NCBI GenBank assembly: GCA_963169665.1
Contig: CAUJET010000134.1
Span: 7,804-71,803 of the forward strand
Origin: Actinomycetota bacterium
GTDB taxonomy: Bacteria; Actinomycetota; Acidimicrobiia; Acidimicrobiales; Ilumatobacteraceae
DNA length: 64,000 nt
Reading direction: 5' to 3'
Both the position numbers and the translations under genes were made by a program. Shown one piece after another: positions 10,901 through 16,812 of the stretch. Position 1 is the stretch's first letter. Every line of letters begins with the position of its first letter. The notes under the pieces were generated by a model, which saw nothing but the letters and a program-made list of their open reading frames with translations, searched no databases and was not told where the DNA came from.

Positions 10901-11185
10901 ACCCAGCGGCTCGACCAGCACGACCGCCGAGCGGCCGATCTCCGCGACTACCGCGTCGACGACATCGCGCTCGACCAGGCGATCAGCACCTGGCGCACCT
11001 GGGCCGCCGGCCACACCGTCACCGGACTCGACCTCGACCACGCCGTCGGACAGTTCGCTCGATACGTCGACACCGTCCCCGGAGCCCGCGCACTCGTCAA
11101 CGCGCTCGCCTCCGAACACGTAGCGCTGAACCCGCCCGCACAGCTCGTGGACCGAGCCGATGTTGACTTCGGTATCGAACTCTGA
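7925..11185 (+). CDS. MobF-family (TrwC/TraA-like) relaxase fused to a helicase domain
   Basis: 1086 aa. N-terminus YYTKYL...GxWxG...AGFDATVSAPKSLSVLWAL...HTHLVVSAKV (relaxase His motif). Central Walker A IIGPAGAGKTSM and VIVDEAGMVS (AAA_30/RecD-like). Long C-terminal Arg/Ala-rich helical tail. ATG at 7928 is an alternative start. Confidence 0.9.
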   Translation: MMRVTTLYASSAASSAAYYTKYLTAAPGEAPGVWMGAQADGLGLVGAVKGEQLQALLAGLDPVSGRSLGRALTDRTTSDGRVVKAVAGFDATVSAPKSLSVLWALTGDDRLLECHDVAVRAVVDAFERWAATTRLRSGGGRLHLDTHGLSVAGFRQTTSRLDDPQIHTHLVVSAKVQTENGRWMALDARVLKQHQRTFGGLYQSVLRSEVTAKFGVGWEAIVNGQAEIAGLDPELLAAFSKRAAQVDAETDARVEEFEAREGRAPSRFERAAIEREASADTRVKKTGTAAAELRAAWRKEATDLGHTPRSVIDAVNTAGRAQAEPAKTTVAEILTALSDRKSVWHDLDVLREITDRFQPRRGISGERWSGVLDRALDTVLEQCIGLDPDQPDSEAGRGSDGRSVWIEPVAPRWSSQQVIDQELDLLAWTLSAQGLEPSPSQSIERGHLDVLQAAAAAEVAGADRLVVIIGPAGAGKTSMLTAAIDDLRQHDRSVFGVAPTAKAARVLEDETGMRADTLAKLLHEYAREGGPRPEWRLRRGTTVIVDEAGMVSTPDLWRLTDLAQRLDLRVVLVGDPHQLQAVARGGMFPELAATATRRVELEHVHRFTEPWEAAASLRLRRGDPSVLSEYLWHGRVEHGNIDDHLRTIGRQWAEAQSAGRSLAITTTTNEHATLINHHIQNTRLKTGAVTGGPVAAADGDIYIGDVVMTRRNDRTLTTTAGDSVRNRDRWTITATHDDGSITAHSHTSEATVTLPAEYVREFVQLAYATTEHGNQGITTDQSITLVTGTTTGRGLYVGATRGRDDNQLFVVTDQHSEREAMDLLGRVLATDRADTPAVTHRRHLAERQLAPAPGPRRRAVEPAWLNEWQNDVRDRVPMIGGLLASMTEERPALEQSVAQARQSYDRARALPAPDQHDLSRARREANIDDAAARTARYRAGNATWRTRRPLERAATAATERATLSAGRVDELEAIYRPVAEQREATRRELAGATQRLDQHDRRAADLRDYRVDDIALDQAISTWRTWAAGHTVTGLDLDHAVGQFARYVDTVPGARALVNALASEHVALNPPAQLVDRADVDFGIEL

Positions 11186-11285
11186 GCGGAGGGGCTTAGC
11201 GTCCGTTGGGCGGAAGCCTCATGCTCATTGCCGGTTGCAATGCATCACTTAGCAGCCGCTGAACGATTTGGAGTTGTTCTTCCGC

Positions 11286-12008
11286 TCACAGGTCAACATC
11301 TAAGGGTGAATCCATAGTGACCCATTCGTTAGCGGTTTGCATTTGGGACGATAGAGCTGAAAGAAACAAGCGCGATCCAGCCACGTATATCGACCAGAAG
11401 TCGACGTCGGTCGCGACGAACCACGCTCGATCATCGGGCCAGAACAAGTCGGGGTTTCGCCACTCATTGAATCCCGGAAAGACAAGCCTTGTTGCTGACT
11501 TCACAGGTCCACCTAGGAGATAGTACGCACGGTTCGGCCGGTGGAACTGCTGAAGATCTTCTAGTTCGACTCTGATAAGAGCGTTTCGTTGGCCGTCCTG
11601 CATTGTGGCCATTCGACGCTCGGCAGCTAGGAGCAAAGACGACTCCTCGTCGAGTTGGGTGGAGGAGGCAATGCGCGTTGATCCCTTGTCGAAGCCATGC
11701 CCTTCCCAAATGGCAAACCATGCGCGTTCAGGAGTAGTTGTATACCGTTCGCCAATGGATGCAATCGTCTGAAATTGGCTTCTATAGTCAGCCCACCAAC
11801 CGGTCGGTTTTGGAGCGGCCGGCAACACTCTAAGTATCCCCTCAAAGCGATCCGGAACAAGGGATCCGACCGAACCGTTTGCGCCCTGGCACTCCTCATC
11901 GATCCAGAGCGCTGGCGCATCCTCCTTTGCGGCAAAGACAAATCGCCCGAAAGGCATCTCTCCAGGGCTCGCCTCGCGATCATGTCCGTGAATTGGATCT
12001 CGAGTCAT
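11286..12008 (-). CDS. Hypothetical cytoplasmic protein (cargo gene 2; possible immunity-type protein)
   Basis: 240 aa in a ~50% GC segment with no signal peptide or TM helix. Its start is 12 nt after the stop of the upstream secreted-protein gene. The C-terminal motif NPDLFWPDDRAWFVATDVDFWSIYVAGS recalls DUF2716/immunity-like families (unverified). Confidence 0.65.
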   Translation of the reverse strand: MTRDPIHGHDREASPGEMPFGRFVFAAKEDAPALWIDEECQGANGSVGSLVPDRFEGILRVLPAAPKPTGWWADYRSQFQTIASIGERYTTTPERAWFAIWEGHGFDKGSTRIASSTQLDEESSLLLAAERRMATMQDGQRNALIRVELEDLQQFHRPNRAYYLLGGPVKSATRLVFPGFNEWRNPDLFWPDDRAWFVATDVDFWSIYVAGSRLFLSALSSQMQTANEWVTMDSPLDVDL

Positions 12009-12020
12009 AGCGTCCGCCTA

Positions 12021-12713
12021 TCAGGTCGGATAGCACCACAGTTGTTTGTCAGCGCCTTGGGAGTAGCCGGAGGGATCGGACCAGTTGACAAGGTCGACGT
12101 CAACTTGCTCGCGATACACGACAACCGAGTTCGTGTTGGCGCACGTACGGCGGGCGTTCGCCCAGTTGGTAGAGCCTCCGCCTGCATACACAGTCCTCTG
12201 ACCGCTTGCCAGCGTCACCCATCCGCATCCGGTGAAACTACCGCAACCGTAAGCCTGCAGGTAGATGGTCACGATCGCCTTTGAAGGGCAGGTATTGCCG
12301 CTTACGCTCTCCTTGGTCCACCACCCGTGAACGGAGGCATCAGTCGTGCCGGTGGAAGTTGTGGTATGGATGTTGTCTGAATTCTGTCGATATTTGCAGG
12401 TTCCTGCGGTGATCACACTTGAAACAACGTACGATGGCTTTGCACGAAATCCAGCGGACTGTCCTACTTTTTCGGTCTGCTCGGGAGGTGTCTCGAGAGG
12501 CCGCGATCTATCCTCAGGGCCTGCCTTCGCAAGGAACACGAAGTCGGACGGAATGTCGTCAATCGTGCGTGGAAACTCTGCTAGCCGTTCCGGGGACGAA
12601 CTGGTGTTGTCGGGAGCGGCGAAGTCGACTGCCCCTACCGAGGTTGTCATTGGACTTATCGCGGTCACCGCACATCCCACTGCAATGGCGCAATAGATGA
12701 CAGCCGTCTTCAT
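12021..12713 (-). CDS. Secreted six-cysteine protein of unknown function (cargo gene 1)
   Basis: Track ORF trimmed to the ATG at 12711-12713. Signal peptide MKTAVIYCAIAVGCAVTAISPMTTSVGA, then an acidic/Pro-rich spacer, then a C-terminal ~130-aa domain with 6 Cys (TCKY, TCPS, GCGS, GCGW, TCAN, WCYP). ~50% GC. Confidence 0.7.
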   Translation of the reverse strand: MKTAVIYCAIAVGCAVTAISPMTTSVGAVDFAAPDNTSSSPERLAEFPRTIDDIPSDFVFLAKAGPEDRSRPLETPPEQTEKVGQSAGFRAKPSYVVSSVITAGTCKYRQNSDNIHTTTSTGTTDASVHGWWTKESVSGNTCPSKAIVTIYLQAYGCGSFTGCGWVTLASGQRTVYAGGGSTNWANARRTCANTNSVVVYREQVDVDLVNWSDPSGYSQGADKQLWCYPT

Positions 12714-12883
12714 CGCTTCTCCTGTCGGGTGGGTATTCGTGGCGTAACGACCATCGAATCTCAGTTCTCTGAGAGAGTAGCATCCTTCGAGAACGTGGGT
12801 CAACAACAAGAACGCAGGCAGATGAAGTCGTTGAACTGACTCCATTCGATGGACTCTGCCTCACGCAACGGGGGTTTTGTCGA

Positions 12884-12920
12884 CGACGCTCGAAAACTGG
12901 TCAGTAGCGACGCTCGAAAA
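12884..12920. repeat. 13-bp direct repeat pair CGACGCTCGAAAA in the cargo/TA intergenic gap
   Basis: Copies at 12884-12896 and 12908-12920, with starts 24 bp apart. Confidence 0.6.
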
Positions 12921-13421
12921 GTGAACACTCGAAGATTGGACTTCCGCAAGCAGCCCTCTTGAACACGATCTTGAGGCGCGATCTACGGATCGTCAATGAA
13001 CACCTCCGGAAGGGCCTGGCACCACTCACACGTCACCAACGGCCGACCGTAAGCCGCTAACGACTCTGCAAAACGGACACACGCGTCGTACTCGGACTCG
13101 TCAACTTCCGCCACCAACGAATCTGCTGCGTGCTTTACGCCAGCCAATCCGACTGAATCCCCAAGAACCCACGATCCATCGCCGAGACACGAAGAACCAG
13201 CTTCTCAAGCGTGGCACACCATGCCGCTGATCGTGCGCCTGTCCGGGACCGTGCCCCCAGCGACCCGCTGCGGACTGTGGCGAACCTGCGGGCCGCCGAT
13301 GCGGAATGGCGACTTCAGCGAGGATCAACGGATCGAACCTCGAGGTGGACTACACCCGGGACACCCACGAAGCGGTTGCAACCTGCTGGACAATTTCGGT
13401 TGTTGCGGCAACTATGTGTAC

Positions 13422-13715
13422 ATGAACGCGTACATATCGGTCCCAGAGACCGTCAGCGACACTCGCAAGCACCTCACCGGTCACGTAGCGCGGTTCCGGT
13501 CGGAAGGCATCGGGGCCTCCCCCGTGGTCTTCGGAGATCGCCGCCACCCCGACGCAGTGCTCATGCCCTACGAGACGTTCCGCCTCCTGCTCGACATCGC
13601 CGAGGACCTGGTGATCGCAGAGCGGATCCACGAGCGAGACGCCGCCGACAGCGGAGAGCGCACCTCGTTGCGAGATGTCGCCGACGAGTTCGGCATCGAC
13701 CTCGACACGCTGTGA
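13422..13715 (+). CDS. Type II antitoxin, Phd/YefM family
   Basis: Track ORF trimmed to the ATG at 13422: MNAYISVPETVSDTRKHLTGHVARFRSEG...PVVFGDRRHPDAVLMPYETFRLLLDIAEDL. This is the Phd/YefM fold pattern. Confidence 0.85.
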   Translation: MNAYISVPETVSDTRKHLTGHVARFRSEGIGASPVVFGDRRHPDAVLMPYETFRLLLDIAEDLVIAERIHERDAADSGERTSLRDVADEFGIDLDTL

Positions 13716-14197
13716 CGAGCACGCCTGGCCAACGGACCGAGCCAGGTTCGTCGCCGTTCACTCGCGTCCAGTTCACCAACGCGGCCATCGACGACCTCCA
13801 CGGCATCCGAGAGCGCGCGGCCCCGGTGCTGCGAAGCGTGTTCACCGCGTTGAAGGCACTCGACCAGGGCACGCTCCGACCGACACCACTGAAGCACTAC
13901 GCCAAGACCGGTGACCTCCGCGACTGCGGCAAGGTGGTCGTCGAGACAGCCGGCCATCCCGAGTACCGCATCGTGGTCCGCGAGGCCGGCGGCACCATCG
14001 AGATCATCGAAGTCGTCACCGTCGAAGAACGAGCCGACGACCTCGCCTACCTCCTCGCCGGGGTGCGCCTCGGTCGGATCACCGACCCGATCCGACGATC
14101 CGACACCGACCGAAAGATCGCACGGATCCGCAAACTCAGAAGCGGATCGAGCGCGCCGCCGACCACCCCGACGAAGGGGTCCGAGACGTCTCCGTGA
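13712..14197 (+). CDS. Type II toxin, RelE/ParE superfamily-like, with a ~60-aa C-terminal extension
   Basis: GTG at 13712 overlaps the antitoxin TGA (GTGA). The core LKHYAKTGDLRDCGKVVVETAGHPEYRIVVREAGGTIEIIEVVTVEERADDLAY fits the RelE/ParE beta-sheet pattern. The tail is Ser/Pro/Thr/Arg-rich. Confidence 0.7.
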   Translation: MTSTPGQRTEPGSSPFTRVQFTNAAIDDLHGIRERAAPVLRSVFTALKALDQGTLRPTPLKHYAKTGDLRDCGKVVVETAGHPEYRIVVREAGGTIEIIEVVTVEERADDLAYLLAGVRLGRITDPIRRSDTDRKIARIRKLRSGSSAPPTTPTKGSETSP

Positions 14198-14231
14198 CGC
14201 ACTGCAGATCACGGAGTCCGCAGGCCCTGCG

Positions 14232-14260
14232 CAGTCCTTGCCGCGAATTTTGCCGCGAAA
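14232..14260 (+). promoter_or_regulatory. Candidate arm-type recombinase sites (2 x TGCCGCGAA) inside the right end
   Basis: cagtcctTGCCGCGAAtttTGCCGCGAAa, in the same orientation as the 6123-6150 copy and ~105 bp inside attR. Confidence 0.45.
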
Positions 14261-14363
14261 CGTGCTGGGACAGGATGGGACGGACGGTACAGTCTGGATT
14301 GCCGCACCCGCTCTGAGCAGGTGCGACGTGACACAACAACACTCGTTGGCACGGCGCTGGGGC

Positions 14364-14412
14364 GACTCTTAATCCGCAGGTTCTCGGTTCGAGTCCGAGG
14401 GGGGGCACCACG
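14364..14412 (+). repeat. attR core (duplicate of the tRNA-Lys 3' half)
   Basis: 49/49 identity to 6025-6073. The upstream sequence does not continue the tRNA. Confidence 0.9.
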
Positions 14413-14450
14413 ACGCCGCGGTCCACGGACCACGGCGTTTCGTCGTTTTC
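14413..14450 (+). terminator. Intrinsic terminator candidate, probably the original tRNA-Lys terminator displaced by the insertion
   Basis: ACGCCG-c-GGTC-cacg-GACC-a-CGGCGT stem-loop followed by TTTCGTCGTTTTC, starting immediately after the attR copy of the tRNA 3' end. Confidence 0.5.
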
Positions 14451-14478
14451 GGCCGGTTCGAGCGCCCGGCCGCCGGGG

Positions 14479-15078
14479 TCAGGACCGAGCGGCCGACAGC
14501 GACGATCGGCGGCGCGGCGCAGCTGCCACCTCGTGGTGCACATGGACCCGGTGACCGTCCCGATCGAACAGCATGATCACCTCGGCCGGCCCGTCGACGG
14601 CCGTGATCGCGTGCGGTGTCATCGTGGCGAACTCGGCCACCTCGCCCGATTCGACCAGGACCTCGCGGTCGCCGAGCAGCAGGCGCACACGCCCCTCGAT
14701 CACGAAGAACCAGTCGTGCCCCGGGTGCACCCGCTGTTCGGGCACCCGCCCGCTCGGCTCGAACCGCATCTTCACGGCGACCGTGGTGCTCGTCGGCCGG
14801 CTGAGCACCCAGGTCGTGGTGTCGCCGTCGCTGGCCGCCACGGGGCGGATGACGACGTCGTCGTCGTGACGGACCTCGAGCAGCGCGTCGAGGTCCACGT
14901 GGAGCGCCCGAGCGAGCGGGACGAGCACGTCGAGGCTGATCGTGCGATGCCCGGTCTCGATCCGGCTGATGGTGGAGGCGCTGAGGTTGGTGCGGCTCGC
15001 CACCTCGTCCAGCGACAGGCCGAGCGTGGTGCGCAGGCTGCGCAACCGAGTGCGTACCACCCGCTCGATCTCCTGCAT
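14479..15078 (-). CDS. XRE-family transcriptional regulator with C-terminal cupin domain
   Basis: Only the last 199 codons of the 1676-aa track ORF are credible (ATG at 15076-15078). HTH LSLDEVASRTNLSASTISRIETGHRTISLDVLVPLARAL, then cupin HPGHDWFFVIEGRVRLLLGD...FATMTPHA. Confidence 0.9.
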   Translation of the reverse strand: MQEIERVVRTRLRSLRTTLGLSLDEVASRTNLSASTISRIETGHRTISLDVLVPLARALHVDLDALLEVRHDDDVVIRPVAASDGDTTTWVLSRPTSTTVAVKMRFEPSGRVPEQRVHPGHDWFFVIEGRVRLLLGDREVLVESGEVAEFATMTPHAITAVDGPAEVIMLFDRDGHRVHVHHEVAAAPRRRSSLSAARS

Positions 15079-15174
15079 CTCACCCACCCGGGGCCTCCCG
15101 TCGACGTCGTCAATGGCTTGCGAATCCTGCAAGGTGTGTTGCAGCTCTCGACAGACGATCGTACCGTCGATTCC

Positions 15175-16770
15175 ATGAGCGAACACTCGAGACACGTCAT
15201 CGAACGACACTGCGACGTCGCGATCGTCGGCGGATCGGCAGCTGGCCTCGCTGCCGCCGTCCAACTCGGCCGCCAACGTCGATCCGTGATCGTGATCGAC
15301 GCGGGCGAACCCCGCAACGCGCCGGCGGCACACATGCACGGCTTCCTCGGCCATGACGGCGTGCCGCCGTCGGCGTTCGCGGCGATCGGTCGCGAGGAGG
15401 TGAGGTCCTACGGGGGCGAGGTGCTCACGGCCCGAGCCGTCGACGTCCGCCGGACCGACGACGACCGCTTCGTGGTCGAGCTCGTCGGCGGGCACACGGT
15501 CGTCGCCCGACGGGTCCTCGCCGCCACGGGACTCGTCGACGTCCTGCCCGACGTCGACGGCCTGGCCGAGCACTGGGGCTCCGACGTGATCCACTGCCCG
15601 TTCTGCCACGGGTACGAGGTCCGCGACCGGCACATCGTTCAGATCGTCACCCACCCGATCGGGCTCCACACCGCCGGCCTCTTCCGGCAGCTGACCGAGC
15701 ACCTCACCGTCGTGCTCCACAGCGGGATCGACGCCGACGACCCGGCCCTCGACGCCCTCGACGCGCTGCGAGCCGCCGGCGTCGCCGTCGTCGACGGGCC
15801 GGCGGTGCGAGTGGTCGCGGACGACCAGGGACGCGTGAGCGCGCTGGAGATCGCCGATGGCACCCACCTCGTCGCACAGGCGATCGTGGTGGGCACTCGC
15901 TTCCGGGTGCGCGCCGAGGCATTCGCAACGCTCTCCCCGGACATGACCGATCACCCGTCCGGCCTCGGCCAGGTGATCGGTACCGACCCCACCGGCCGCA
16001 CGTCTGTGCCCGGACTGTTCGCCGCCGGCAACGTGGCCGACCCCGGCCAACAGGTCGTCCACGCCGCGGCCAACGGCAGCTGGGTCGGCGGCATGATCAG
16101 CGCCGACCTCGCCCAGGCCGACATCCAGGCGGCGGCTCGACCGTCCGCGAACCGCGACGACTGGGACCGCCGCTACAGCGGTGACCAGATCTGGAGCGGC
16201 AATCCGAACGGTTCGCTCGTGACCGAGGTCGGCGAGCTCGCACCGGGACGGGCCCTCGACGTCGGCGCCGGCGAGGGCGGCGATGCCGTCTGGCTCGCCG
16301 AGCGGGGGTGGCAGGTCACCGCCAGCGACATCTCCCCTCGGGCGCTGGCCCGCATCCGAACCGTCGCTGCCGAGCGAGACCTCACGATCGACTGCCTCCC
16401 TGCCGATGCGAACTCGGTACAGCCGTTCCCGATCGGAGCGTTCGATCTCGTCACGGCCCACTACGCGTCGATCCCGCGTACGGCCGATGGCCGAGGCGTC
16501 GCCCACGTCGTCGATGCGGTGGCGCCGGGAGGCACCCTGCTGGTGGTGGGCCACGACCTCGAACCGATGCGGGCGCCGATCGACACCACGACTCGCAGCC
16601 GACCGTTCGACCCGGATGCATACGTCAGGCCGGACGACTTCGCGCGAGCGCTGCGCGGCTCGGAGGAGTGGGTGGTCGAACGTCACGAGACCCGGGCCCG
16701 ACCGGCGGGCGCGGCCTCGGCATCCCATCACGTCGACGACGTCGTGTTCCGCGCCCGTCGCAACGGGTGA
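15175..16770 (+). CDS. Bifunctional thioredoxin-reductase-like FAD oxidoreductase / class I SAM-dependent methyltransferase fusion
   Basis: Track ORF trimmed to the ATG at 15175. N-terminal half: DVAIVGGSAAGLAAA (FAD GxGxxG), CPFCHGYEV, GLFAAGNV. C-terminal half: ALDVGAGEGGDAVWLAERGWQVTASDIS (SAM motif I). Confidence 0.85.
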   Translation: MSEHSRHVIERHCDVAIVGGSAAGLAAAVQLGRQRRSVIVIDAGEPRNAPAAHMHGFLGHDGVPPSAFAAIGREEVRSYGGEVLTARAVDVRRTDDDRFVVELVGGHTVVARRVLAATGLVDVLPDVDGLAEHWGSDVIHCPFCHGYEVRDRHIVQIVTHPIGLHTAGLFRQLTEHLTVVLHSGIDADDPALDALDALRAAGVAVVDGPAVRVVADDQGRVSALEIADGTHLVAQAIVVGTRFRVRAEAFATLSPDMTDHPSGLGQVIGTDPTGRTSVPGLFAAGNVADPGQQVVHAAANGSWVGGMISADLAQADIQAAARPSANRDDWDRRYSGDQIWSGNPNGSLVTEVGELAPGRALDVGAGEGGDAVWLAERGWQVTASDISPRALARIRTVAAERDLTIDCLPADANSVQPFPIGAFDLVTAHYASIPRTADGRGVAHVVDAVAPGGTLLVVGHDLEPMRAPIDTTTRSRPFDPDAYVRPDDFARALRGSEEWVVERHETRARPAGAASASHHVDDVVFRARRNG

Positions 16771-16812
16771 CCGCCGACCGGTGACCGCGCACCGGACTCG
16801 TACGATGCGGCG

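Larger units (their letters stand above)
6025..14412. mobile_element. Integrative mobilizable element (about 8.4 kb) inserted in tRNA-Lys(CTT)
   Basis: Perfect 49-bp direct repeats (6025-6073 and 14364-14412) enclose an integrase, an Xis-like HTH protein, a MobF relaxase, low-GC cargo and a TA pair. The integrase sits next to the tRNA end. No T4SS, coupling-protein or replication genes are present. Confidence 0.85.

Noticed and set aside
13211-13711. Upstream 167 codons of the 328-aa ORF that contains the RelE/ParE-like toxin
   Set aside because: This part overlaps the Phd/YefM antitoxin gene in another frame. The GTG at 13712 gives the canonical 4-nt antitoxin/toxin overlap and a toxin of sensible size.
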